In this document: one piece after another, positions 25,201-35,640 of the stretch
Layout of the letters: each line of letters starts with the position of its first letter
Numbering within the stretch: the stretch's first letter is position 1
Assembly: GCA_035084275.1 (NCBI GenBank)
Contig: CM068755.1
Span: forward strand, 14,446,001 to 14,510,000
DNA from: Hydrolagus colliei
Taxonomy: Eukaryota
Reading direction: 5' to 3'
Length of the DNA stretch: 64,000 nucleotides
Program-made: the position numbers and the translations under genes
The notes under the pieces: model-generated
What the model was told of the DNA's origin: nothing
Database searches by the model: none
Seen by the model: only the letters and a program-made list of their open reading frames with translations

Positions 25201-27033
25201 CCTGACAGGATTTGATTCCACAAATTCTCTGCTCAAGCCTATAACGTTCTGAGTCTGAGACAAGAGAGTGCTATACAAACGTAATTTTGTTGGTGTCTCT
25301 AAAATTAATATTATCTACTGTATAAAGCTCTATCTGAGAGTCCTATTTGAATCATTGTGCTGTATTGGGCCACTAATCAGGAAAATTTAAGTCTTTCAAG
25401 GTGATAATTTACACTTAATAATAATCCTTGCATTTGATATAGTGCTTTTCACATCTTATCAACGTCCAAGGTTTTGACCAGGCCCTGACCTGCCTGGATT
25501 CGAACACAGGTCTCCCCAGATTGCAAGACAAATGCTTTAACCACTAAGCCACAGGAGCTCCACACTTGTATTGCAAATAGTTAGGTTGGGGAATGGTTAA
25601 TCACAAAACCCATTAAAGTTTCCCCAATATATAATAAGGTGATTTGAAATCTGGTAATGTGACAGCTACAAAATTGTATGGGAAAAAAGGCATTACCTTT
25701 GCTCTTAGGAGTTTTCTTTGAAGGTGTATCTGATAGTTGAATGTTATCAGGATCGCCTCCCTCCTCTTCTATAGCCTATTTTTAGATTTTTTTTAAAAAA
25801 GAGCAAAACATTCATTAAAAAAATTCTAGAACACCCATTTACACGTTGTAATACAATCAGAAAATGAAACCAGATCAACAATGTAAGAACTATTTTGGAA
25901 CAGCCATATCAGTTGCAGTAAACATGTAATTTAAGAAGAATCATTTACAAACAGTATATTAACATCAACGCCTTAATTTTCAACCAAATTCCTTATCATT
26001 TGAAAGTACTCACAATCCACTTTTTAATTTAAAAAAACCATTGCTGAGATCAATTTGCACATAAGAAAACCATACAAAACGGTTAAAATCATATAAAACC
26101 ACACAATGCTGCCACCAAAATACCCAATTTTCTGTTAGCATTTGGCACTGCAATATTACAGTAGTTATGAATCCACACTATGTGCATAAAACATTGGTTT
26201 GCAATTTAGTAACTCGATTAGACAAGTTACTCGCCGCTATTCCGATAAATGTATTTGAATGCATTTAAAACTGTAAACCAATAATCCACAGACCTACGTT
26301 TAATACGTGATTATCATAAAGATAAGGTCCAATAAATGTTACTTTTTGGTTGAAATTAAAGTTTTAAAAACCATATTCCAGGATAGCAAATACAAACACG
26401 AAAAAAAACCTCCAAACTTAGATACCGATTCTTTAAAAATAGACAACCCGGCGGTAGGAAGTTGCCATATTAAAAGAGCAGTTCTTAATAACATATGAGT
26501 TTCAAACGAAAAAAAAGTCACTTTAGAGCCCATCTGAAATATGTCAATGTCCACTGCTTGCAGCCCTCAGGGTCCTCTCAGGTGAAATACACTATATTCC
26601 AGGACACTGCCTCCAAAACGCAATGCTGTGACCAGGGATCATTTGATCCCTCACTTCAAACAGAGCTCAAGTGTTTTTTTTAATTTCTAAACAAATGTGG
26701 GGGGGGCGGTGTAAATAACCACCATCGGTTTGGGTCGACTCTGTGACAAATTAGACCCGTTTCCAGCGGCAGCCATTAAAAAGAGAGATGTCAGTGGGCT
26801 CCCACCGAGGCCCAGTTAGGCGCCAGGCGCCAAACGGCAGCATCCCGCTCATCGGGTAGAAGCAACGGGGCCCCCCACTTCCTGCCTTACATTCGCACCT
26901 GCTTGAGCCTAGTGATCAGGTCTTTTTTAACGCCGCTGGTGTCCAAGTTCCGTCGCTTCAGTTCGGATTTGAGGTCCACGACCCGCAAGTCCGTTAAGCG
27001 CCGGCCCTCTGGCGCGCTCACCACAGCCGCCAT
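7152..27033 (-). CDS. SLTM: SLTM (SAFB-like transcription modulator), complete gene span: 20 coding exons, 1040 aa (SAP, RRM, Glu/Arg coiled coil, Arg/Gly-rich tail)
   Basis: All 19 introns are GT-AG with matching phases; exon lengths sum to 3123 nt; starts [28 protein letters not shown] and ends [12 protein letters not shown]; lies between MINDY2 and RNF111 as in other vertebrates. Confidence 0.95.
8688..8854 (-). CDS. SLTM: SLTM exon 19
   Basis: tcccag|CAA...CCAG|gtacta; [43 protein letters not shown]. Confidence 0.9.
9267..9411 (-). CDS. SLTM: SLTM exon 18
   Basis: cttcag|G...CAG|gtgggt; [22 protein letters not shown]...MERGSNNQ. Confidence 0.9.
10087..10467 (-). CDS. SLTM: SLTM exon 17
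   Basis: attcag|A...AAG|gtattg; [30 protein letters not shown]...RDERRTV...SSKREIR. Confidence 0.9.
10984..11127 (-). CDS. SLTM: SLTM exon 16
   Basis: gtttag|A...TGG|gtaagt; [47 protein letters not shown]. Confidence 0.92.
11140..11617. mobile_element. Truncated long (hairpin-containing) copy of Tigger/pogo-like MITE family
   Basis: TA + CATTAGAAGCCCGTTTATCCG left TIR; colinear with the 48624-49294 copy; internal inverted repeat about 11395-11617; right end missing. Confidence 0.85.
11680..11842 (+). mobile_element. 5'-truncated SINE (Deu-like core plus L2-type tail)
   Basis: tttgtgggacactgctatgcgcaattggctgc core; tail gtgaaaagtgctatatcaaatgcaagattattatta shared with many copies in the window. 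Confidence 0.7.
12453..12577 (-). CDS. SLTM: SLTM exon 15
   Basis: ttgtag|GAG...CAG|gtattt; [42 protein letters not shown]. Confidence 0.93.
12907..13087 (-). CDS. SLTM: SLTM exon 14 (Glu/Arg-rich coiled coil)
   Basis: atttag|G...CAG|gtgaag; [60 protein letters not shown]. Confidence 0.94.
13410..13564 (-). CDS. SLTM: SLTM exon 13
   Basis: ttgcag|GTG...AAG|gtatgg; ...[32 protein letters not shown]. Confidence 0.92.
14107..14201 (-). CDS. SLTM: SLTM exon 12
   Basis: ccccag|GT...CCG|gtgagc; [31 protein letters not shown]. Confidence 0.88.
14307..14476 (-). CDS. SLTM: SLTM exon 11
   Basis: tataag|G ATC CAG GTG...GAA|gtatgc; [23 protein letters not shown]...; acceptor chosen by phase compatibility with exon 10. 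Confidence 0.85.
15335..15450 (-). CDS. SLTM: SLTM exon 10
   Basis: tttaag|GTG...CAA|gtaagt; [39 protein letters not shown]. Confidence 0.9.
15945..16110 (-). mobile_element. SINE 3' portion with L2-type tail
   Basis: Reverse complement of the ...aagcgctttaagacgtcttgaagatgtgataaggcgctatatcaaatgcaag(att)n tail. Confidence 0.7.
16443..16592 (-). CDS. SLTM: SLTM exon 9 (RRM, RNP1 CYGFVTM)
   Basis: ccctag|GTT...AAA|gtaaat; [50 protein letters not shown]. Confidence 0.95.
16701..16831 (-). CDS. SLTM: SLTM exon 8 (RRM start, RNP2 LWISGL)
   Basis: ttgtag|GA...AAG|gtatga; ...[29 protein letters not shown]. Confidence 0.95.
17199..17245 (-). CDS. SLTM: SLTM exon 7 (47 nt)
   Basis: tcatag|T...AAG|gtgact; [15 protein letters not shown]; phases fit both neighbours. 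Confidence 0.88.
17977..18448 (-). CDS. SLTM: SLTM exon 6 (acidic region)
   Basis: tctcag|AT...GAG|gtttgt; contains [33 protein letters not shown] and [14 protein letters not shown]. Confidence 0.94.
19944..19971 (-). CDS. SLTM: SLTM exon 5 (28-nt micro-exon)
   Basis: tttcag|GAA GCA GAA GAG GAT GAG AAT GAA AAA G|gtatgt; EAEEDENEK; required to convert phase 0 to phase 1. Confidence 0.88.
24292..24489 (-). CDS. SLTM: SLTM exon 4
   Basis: taatag|ATG...CAG|gtacaa; [20 protein letters not shown]...SEDLDPEGQ; 198 nt. Confidence 0.88.
24973..25037 (-). CDS. SLTM: SLTM exon 3
   Basis: cctaag|GG...AAG|gtaaat; [22 protein letters not shown]. Confidence 0.9.
25416..25560 (-). mobile_element. Short tRNA-headed SINE lacking the central core
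   Basis: - strand: A-box-like tggcttagtggttaaagc, B-box gttcgaatcc, then directly the L2-type tail ...ctatatcaaatgcaaggattattatta. Confidence 0.75.
25697..25775 (-). CDS. SLTM: SLTM exon 2
   Basis: aaatag|GCT...AAG|gtaatg; [26 protein letters not shown]. Confidence 0.92.
26899..27033 (-). CDS. SLTM: SLTM exon 1 coding part (SAP domain)
   Basis: aaaATGGCG start; [45 protein letters not shown]|gtgcga. Confidence 0.94.
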
Positions 27034-28399
27034 TTTACGTTCCAAGTTAAGTCTCTGGTTCCAGTCAAAGCCCGGTCAGGAGCCCGGATGTAAGAGGCTG
27101 TCGCAAAAACCAGAAAACCAGGAGCCGGGGTTAACTGGACTGGACTGTGGGTTCAGGTGGCAACGGAAGCAAACTGGAACCGGAATTAATAAATCTTTCC
27201 ATTTGACATAGCGACGGTTCACGTCTCCGAGACGAGTCTCAGAGCGATTCACAAAATAAACTGTGAAGTGAATTGACTTGCGTATTGTGTGGGCGAAAGG
27301 CGCACAGCAGTGTCTCACAAACAGTCGTGAATAGCCATCGACCGGAGATTGTACTGGCTTGTAGGTATCGCTTATGAAGTGACACGGGAGGAGATACAGT
27401 CGTCAAGTCAGTGGGAGTCGTGTTTCGTTTGCATTCAACTGACAACTGGGAGGGCATCCCGCTCCTGGCTCACTCCAGTTTATCGCACTGCTATTGTGCC
27501 GCCAGCGATAGAAATGAACTGGAATGGCTGGGAGAGCGGGTACTGGCTGAGTTGGGGAAACGGAATCTGGGTGTGGAGGAGATGTGGGCCGACAAGGCTA
27601 CTTATTGGTGGACTTGGGATCTTCTTAACAACCCCCCACAAAAAAATCTACTTATAAAGCATCCATTACTGTCAGGAGCTTACTTTTTTTTGGATGGGTG
27701 AAACACGCTGTGAAGTGGCTCAAGTTACGGATGACGTTGAAAAGTACACGGCCGGTAGAAAGAAACAAAACGCATCCTATCAAACCAAAAACAACAACAA
27801 AATTACATGTATAGAGCGCTTTCAAATCAGGAGGAAATCCTCAGCACAACTTCCCCCCCTCCCCCCCCACCCAAAAAAAGTTTGAAACCGAATAAAATCA
27901 AATGGCATATTGTAACTTTCACCTGAGCAGGATACGATGGTGTGTTGTTATATAGTGACTTTGTTTGTTTGTTTGTGTGTATATATATATATATATTTGT
28001 GTGTGTGGATTGAAAGCAGTAAAATACCTAAGGCGCCTTTCAAAAGTCGCCGGCTGCGCATGCTCAGATACCCCGTCAAGTGTCACCGTTCGCACCGTGT
28101 TTACCGGCTACGTCATATGACGCAGAGCCAGGAGGAAGGGGGGGTGGTGGAACTTTTTATTTTTTTAAATAAGGAGGATTTTCTTTGACATTTATCTTCG
28201 AGTGGCTTCGCGTCTGGTCGAAATTTGTTTCAATATTATACACGAGTATTGGAGTTTGTGGTTTTATATATTTATATATATATACACACAGAAAATAAAA
28301 CATACACGAGGGCGCGTTATAGCCGCTTCGCGGGGGTTGAACAAAGCCGGTGTCGTAAAAAATAAACGCGGTGCGCAGGCGCAAGGCGACACTAAGTGC

Positions 28400-28788
28400 G
28401 AATGAGGAGAGGAAAGAGGGAAACCTACAGAATACGGTTTTGTCGTAAAGACTCGAGCTCCCCAGCTTCCCGCCCCCTCCTCCCCCAACAGTCCGACGCG
28501 TTTAACCGACGCTCGCGAAGCTCGTCTAAGAGGGGAGCGGAGCCTGAGAAGAGGAAAAAAAAACCTCTTACCCCCCCCCCCCACCCCTCAAACCCCCTCC
28601 CAACCTCACTCTCTGTCTCTCTTTCTTTCTTACCCCGGGTTCCCGAAGAGGCGAAAGAAGTCAGAAGAAGAAGAAAAAAAAGAAGAATTTTCCAAACAAC
28701 AAACAAAAAATGCCTGAATAAAAAAAAACGCTGGGGTAAAAGGGGAAAAAAATGCGCGTCTCGCAGGACTTAAAGGCAAAGAGCTTCG
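28400..28788 (+). other. RNF111: Probable non-coding exon 1 of RNF111 (5' boundary approximate)
   Basis: Donor TTCG|gtaaga at 28788/28789 at the edge of the CpG island; the next clear RNF111 acceptor is at 46021. Confidence 0.6.
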
Positions 28789-30721
28789 GTAAGATCGGTT
28801 TTCTCCGTCGTCATGTGGGGTTTTGATTTACTTTTTTTTTGGAATCTTCCTCGTACACTCACTCACTCACGAAAAAAAATCCCTTCCTCCTCGCTGAAGG
28901 CTCCTCCGTATTTGTCTTCCTTTTTTTAAGGGTTAGGGGTGGGTATTGGTGGAGTGGGTGTGGGGTGGGGGGGTGGAGAAGAAAGTGAACACCGAAAAGT
29001 CTCGGCCTGGTCAGCTCAGCGCATTTTGAGCTGCTGACGTTCGTGCGCTCTGACCCCCCGCACACATATCCACACACCACGGCGGCTGCCTTCAGGCAGG
29101 AGGAAGGAAAGAGGGAAGGGAGGAAGGAAGGTAGTGGAGGAGGGAGGCTTGGATTAAAAAAAAAGTTGTTTCAATCTTCAATGTAATCTCCCTGATGTCT
29201 TTGGTTTATTTATTTTTATTTTTTACCCCCCAAAAATGCTATCACATACAAGACGAGACATACGAACGAACGCACAACCAACCCGCCTTTCACAGGGGAA
29301 AAAATATTTTCAGAAGGCTCTCTCTCTCTCTCTGTTAAGTTATGTAGGTAGGTTGGTTGCCAGGGAGTGATGTAGGATCCTCAGTGGCTTTTGAATTGTC
29401 TGTTGATTGATTGAGCATGTTGCAGTCTGTTCACAGGAGGACCAGAAAGGGGGGAAACAAATGCCGGGTGCGTTTTTCCTATGTGTATATTTCCTATGTC
29501 AAATTCTTATGCCGGTTTGAGAAACTAAGAGATTCAGCAGTGAGAGAGCCGGTTTTAAAACGGTCTAATTTGCTGAGTTTCTCTTCTACGGTACTGCCAT
29601 TTCCTTGTATTCTTTAAAAGGTGTTTTTTTTTAAAAAACGTAAGTCTTGTTCTTTGGAAGTGATTAATCTCTGCGTGTCATTTTGAAGAAGATCAGTTTT
29701 TATTACAATTGTAAGTTTGGATATTTCAATTTGAGGCCTTCTCCGACCAGAAATGGGATGGGACCATGGGATCCAGCAGTACATAATATGGAATTGTACT
29801 GCATATAATGCTATCAGGTATACTGCAATTGTATCAATATCCATTTTTTAATTTAAAAAAAAGCTATTTACAATTATTCATCAGGAACTGGCTCAACGTA
29901 AAGCTATTTCCAAACTAGGTTTTAATCATTTATGGCTTTGCCTTTTCAAATGAGACAACGAACTGGGTCATATTCATGCATTACATTGGTTCATGCATTA
30001 TATTGTATGCAATTATCATGGAATACATTAATTTATTTGTATTCACTACATGTGATTCAGTTCTATAAATAACGCTGCTTTGATTGCGGATTAATTTATT
30101 AGATGAGCCTACTATCTTTCCCTTGAATTTTCTTCCCCTACCCTTTAGTTCTATCGGTCTCATAGCTTCCAGCTATTTGCTTGAGGTACAAGACTGCATA
30201 ACCAAGCTGTTCAACTCGGGGAGCAGTCAAACACAATTCTATTTGCACACGCACACTTTCTAGTAGAGGTTGAGAGTCGGAGCCCTGCTGTATTTCCCTT
30301 CACAGTTCCTAAACCTAAGAGTACTGGGGCCAACCATAAACAAACTCAGTGCTGCCCTGGTATGTTACAGAGCCCCTCCACCCATATGTCAGGTATATTG
30401 TATTTAAGAAGACTGGGGGAAGTGTAATGCATGTCTCAATCATTTAGTTATTGTGGTTTTGAACTGACCATATAGTTTTTCCTTCTTTGTGGTGTCATGA
30501 TGATTGACATGTGAAGTATGTTGTAATTGGTATTTTCATTGTCTACATACAGTCAACTATTCCTTTTTTTAAAAAGAGAACATTTTCGCAGGTTATTTTT
30601 AACTAACATTTTTAGTTAACATATAACATTACACAAATCTTCAATGACATATATGTCACAGATGGCAGTATTATAATTTACTGTGTCACTGAAATAGTAT
30701 GGTGTTTTGGTATGGCATATA

Positions 30722-31110
30722 TGTCAGCTTGCCTCATTTGGTTGCACCCTTGGCTCTGGGTCAGCAGGTTATGGATTTAAGCCCCATTTCATGACTTGAG
30801 CACATAGTTGCAGTAGTCACTCCAGTGTATTACTGGGGGAAATGCTGAATTACTGGAGATCTCATCTTTTGGATACGGTATTAAGATGAGTCATCTGTCT
30901 GTTCAGGACATTGAAGTAATCCCATGACTCTATTGGGGAAAGAAAATCTTTGTCCAGTATTCTAGCTAGCAATCGTCCAGATTAATTGGTCATTCATCCC
31001 ATGGCTGTTTGTTGGATGATGCTAAAGCATATTGCAACTGTGTTTGCCAACCAAGATAGTCATGACACTTGACAGGAATTACACATGAGGAACTTTTTGA
31101 GACATAATGA
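30722..31110 (+). mobile_element. Old DeuSINE (SacSINE1-like) copy
   Basis: Degenerate tRNA-like head, then atcccatgactctattggggaaaga and gattaattggtcattcatcccatggctgtttgttgg, resembling the Deu core. Confidence 0.6.
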
Positions 31111-32289
31111 AGTACAGTGAAGCAAGTTTTTTTCATTTCAGCTTTTCATACTACGAAAGCTGATGAGACTGAGGTAAAACAATTATTTTAATCCATTCTA
31201 TTTCATAATAATATCATTTGCAAAAAGACATTTTCATCTGAATATTAACTTAATGACTGAATTTTGCTTGGCCTGCCGGTAAATACACGTAAATAAATGT
31301 ACACTAGTTCAGAATAGTATAGTTCTGTTTTTTCCACTTGATTATTTTCAACCATACTCATTTGGGAAATATTATTGCACGTGAGGGTCCTGAATGTGTA
31401 AGTAATGATGCAGTTAAAAGTGCTACCAAACAATGTTGGGGGTGAGTCAGAGCAGCAGCAGTATAGAGTGAGTAACACCAGTTCTCCATTCGTGCAGTAG
31501 TATCAAACTTTGACTGACTCCATTTTACTACCAGGTTGAATAATCAATTATTCGGTCTGAGGAGAGGTTCAAGTCAGCTTTAGTAAATTAATGTTTGTGA
31601 CCGCTGTGGTTGACCGTAACCCAAAACACTTCCTTGCTGTTCCTCCTATCCCATTATTTAGGATTTTCTACCAAATTTTGGATGTAAATTAGAAGCCATG
31701 TAATCTCTGCTTTTGTTGTTTATTTTAAAAATTAGATGGCTGATTGGTGGAAATTATGAAAATGAATTGGTGGCAATGTCTGGAGGTCCTGCTTGCATTT
31801 TAGCAGATGTGGCTGAGTTATCCTGTATGATTAATCTCTGACAGTTATAAACTGTGAATAGAAAGCGCTTCTTAAAAGCCTGTACTGTCTATCTTTGGAC
31901 AATAATAAGAATTCAGATCATTTCTTCGACCACATGAAATTCTTTCCTCATGTAAACTCAAACTGGGTTTAAAATGGTGGCTTGGATTCTATTTTTCAAT
32001 CTCTAGAAATGTCAGACATGTTTGTTGGCTATGCTCTTTATATGTTGCAACTTTCATTCTCTTGCTTTTCATGAACATTATGCTGAAATATGTGATTGTT
32101 GAGCTCTAGGTTAAAGTGAATTAAGTCTGATATTGCAAAGGCAGTGTATCTTTAGTAAAGCTGATCATTATATAAAATGTAAAAATACAGTCACTCCACT
32201 TTGCAATATACTGTACTGCATTCTGTGAAGTCCTTTGAGGTGTCTTAATAACATCAAAGGCACTATAATCAAATTGCTATTATTGACTG

Positions 32290-32535
32290 GGTCACTGGGA
32301 GAAGCTTCCTTCTCTTTTCAAATAGTGCTATGGGTCCGTTAATATCTATTCTCACCAGGAAAGTGAAATTTTGGTTTAATATCTCATCCGAACGACAGTA
32401 TGTCTAACAATATAGTGCTCTCTCAGTACTTTGGAAGTGTCAACCCGAATTGTGGGTTAAAAATTCTGACTTGAGGCTTGAACCCACAACCTTCTTTCTC
32501 AGAGATGAAAACGCTTTTGACTGAGATAGCCTGAC
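32290..32535 (-). mobile_element. Old DeuSINE (SacSINE1-like) 5' half
   Basis: + strand ttcaaatagtgctatggg...tctcatccgaacgacag...cttgaacccacaaccttct, reverse of the head and core seen at 30.7 kb. Confidence 0.6.
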
Positions 32536-35211
32536 TAATGAATTCCTCTAAATAACAGGGTATTTAACACTCGGGAAGGCAGAACAATCTAAAACTCTGC
32601 AAAGTATGTACCAACATTGTTTTGTTTACTGCACTAATATTTCATTGTTTGAGATTTCTCCCCTTTTCTGCTGATAATCTTTGTGTAATAGTGCCAGGAT
32701 TCTCTTCATGAATCATTAATTTATTGGTGAAAAGGAACAGCATCTCTCACAGTAACAGTGTGAACAGTTGTAATGATCAAAAGAATGAACATTAATTTGT
32801 AGTTAGTAAAATCCTAGTTAAATGACTATTTACAGTGAAATGCACACTATCAAGACTAGTTTCAGCAATCATGGGTTTACTGGAATATCGAAGCAAGGTT
32901 TCAAAATGTGCATGAAATAGTTAATACAAGTATAATACAAGATTAGGGCTGAATCATTCTTTTATTGTTTACAATAGTCTAAAATGGTGTTCTAAAAACA
33001 GTTAATTGTAAGTAATCTGAACAAATTCTTCTTGAAGGTGGACCTGATAGTCTTGAAACTTTAACTATGGATATTCTATGTCATTTCAAAAGTCTTAAAT
33101 ATGAGAGGATATTATATATGATAAGGTAGTAAAAAGATTAAATAGACAGATGAAGTACTCTATAGATTAGGCCTCAAGTTATGTTATTGTAATGTTTGAA
33201 ATCAAAATAGGTGCTGCAGCATCACTGAATCTGAAATTTGTTTACTGATTTATTTGGAGATAAGTGATCTTATTATTTTTAACTGCCATGGCAAATTAAT
33301 TTGAAGGTTATATTATGAAAGGATAGAAATAAAACCCAATAACGTTACTTAAGATCATTATATGACTAGTGATGCATGAAGGAAAACTGATCAAAATGTG
33401 ATGCTACTTTGTCCTGAAGCAGTAAGATTACAGAAAACTGATTGCATTTCTACAAATAGTAACAGTTAAATCTAAACAAACCTCCATTTGCAAATGAATA
33501 TTCAGCCTATCTTTAGAGCAATTGAATTTGTGTTTTGATGTTAAATCCTTACCACAGAAATACATTTTAAATGTACACCATTTTATAGTGTTTAAAAATC
33601 AAAAATATTTTCTAATTTTACCAAGAATGTGGGTGGTTCAGCTGTCCGTGAATTATGAAGAGGGAATTCCAGGCTGTTTTAGAGAGAGATGCGAATGTTC
33701 AGGTTTAATCTTTAGAATTGTTTATAAATTTTGTGCAAAAATATCTGCAGAGAGCATAAAACCTGTTATGCAGTTCTGTAATTCTTTTCCCTGTGGAAAT
33801 GTTAGTGCGTTTGAACAAATCTATGTTAAAGGACATTGGCAGCATATAATACTGAGAACTGCAATCTGGAGGTTAAAATGTTGAAAGTTGAATTGTGGGT
33901 GGAACATCTGAATTCTAGGCAGGTCATACAGTTCTGAAAAGGTTGTCATTGTGGTTGAAACTTGTATGACTTGAGAAGCAAGTAAAAAGGACATGCTTTG
34001 ACTTAGAATCCAGTGTACAAATTAAATGCAACAGCCACGAATACGATAAGTAGTATTTCACAGTGAAACTAGTGTCCTTTAACGATGACGCCATACAACC
34101 ACCCGCTTAGTTTGGCAGTCTTTCCCACTTGAAGTATCCGTATGCTTTGAGCAATGCAGATACATCATTGATCAGTTGGCCTAGCCCTCACCTGTTTTTA
34201 TCTCAAAATAGAGAGAAATATGGAATAAATCAGTGCTTGTTTTATATGGCAGAGTGCTGTTTTGTGGCACATTTCTCTTTCTTTCTACTTATTGCTCCAT
34301 ATGCTTATGTCTGGTATGACTTGCTCAATCCTTAGAGCTGACCTTAATCAATCCTTAGAGCTCTCTTGCTTGATTCATAGATGTTATACAATTTGCTGTC
34401 TTCTGCAGTGTTAGCAAGAACGTCAGAAAATCAACCTATCCAATCGGATAACTGGTTTAAACTGCTTCATTTGTGAGTGTGGTATGTTGGAGCTCAGAGT
34501 TGGTGCTATTCTCTCAGCTGTTGAGGAAGCAAGGAAATGTTACTGAGGGTTATCCCACCATACCTAGAGCAAGTTGAATTGCTTCATTTAGAACGGTAAG
34601 ACATTATGTGGCTTTAACAAATTACCCTCTCTTTTATTTTCTCCTTCCTCTTCTTGCTCTTCCTCCTTCCTGTCATTCCCCCCACCCCCATATACTGGGA
34701 GAATGTTCTGACATCCACTTGGCAATTACCCACACATCAGTGATTGAAATCAGGAACATTCTATATGGGGAATCATGGGTGTGAACCAGGAACCCATTAC
34801 CCTAGTCCATAAAGGTCCTGTCAACTAAAATATAGTAGATAGCATATTAATAGAACTATCCACAGAAGTAGCACTGATGCTGCAGAGCTCCACTATATAC
34901 TTAAACGGGATGCTATTTGCATTGATTTACTTTTTAGCAGGTCTTGAATTGAAGTCACTTGGTCAGATTTAAAATCCTGCTTAAACTTTGTACAGATCAA
35001 ATCTGACTAGATGAGACTTCAGGAAAAACCTTTTCAACTTACTTTTTATTACAGGCAGGGATCATATTGTAAACCACTCTTTGATGTTAGTAGGGATTCA
35101 CATCTAAATGTAAGAAATAGCTTTGAGTTGTGAAATTTAATTGGAGACTTTAATAGAATCTGGATATTGAAGGAAGAGGATTTCTGTTTCAGAATTGTGT
35201 ATTGTAAGGAT

Positions 35212-35640
35212 CAACAACAGCAAAATTACATTCATAGAGCGCTTTTACGTCGGGGGGGGGGTGCTCGTGGTTGGGACCCGAGCAAGGGGGAGAGGCCTGG
35301 TACGGGTGAGGTGGGAGGGCAGCTGAAGGCACGGTCGAAAAGGAGGGTCTTGAGACCGGTGTTGGAAGGAGGTATGGGAGGAAGTGAGATGGAGGGAGTG
35401 TGGGGGCAGAGAAGCTGAAAGCTCGGCCACCAGTGGTAGGATGGGTTGGGCAGGAGACATGGAGCAGCCGCTGAACAGAGGGGGTGGGCAGGTTGGTAGG
35501 GAGTCAGCAGGTCGGAGAGGTAGGAGGGGGCAAGGCCTTGAAAGCCAGGGCGAGGATCTTGAATTCTATCCTCTGGCGGGTGAAGAACCAATGGAGCTGG
35601 GCAAAGGTTCGAGTGATGGGGTCGCAGAGCATCAGAATGA
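35212..35640 (-). mobile_element. L2-clade LINE 3' fragment (degenerate ORF2 C-terminus plus tail)
   Basis: - strand GLAPSYLSDLLTPYQPAHPL and LKTLLFDRAF, typical of L2 ORF2 ends; tail gacgtaaaagcgctctatgaatgtaattttgctgttgttg. Confidence 0.8.

Larger units (their letters stand above)
26700..29100. promoter_or_regulatory. CpG-rich divergent promoter region of SLTM and RNF111
   Basis: CpG density visibly higher than the flanks; YY1-type CCGCCATTTT over the SLTM ATG; ETS-like CGGAA near 27164 and 27181; NRF1-like TGCGCATGCTCA 28055-28066; palindrome CGTCATATGACG 28111-28122. Confidence 0.8.

Noticed and set aside
27480-27600. Weak RT-like peptide (SQPFQFISIAG) on - strand within the promoter
   Set aside because: Too short and degenerate to call a LINE remnant without a search
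28396-28773. 125-aa basic ORF and antisense ORFs in the CpG island
   Set aside because: Low-complexity promoter/5' UTR sequence with no recognisable domain; at most a uORF depending on the TSS
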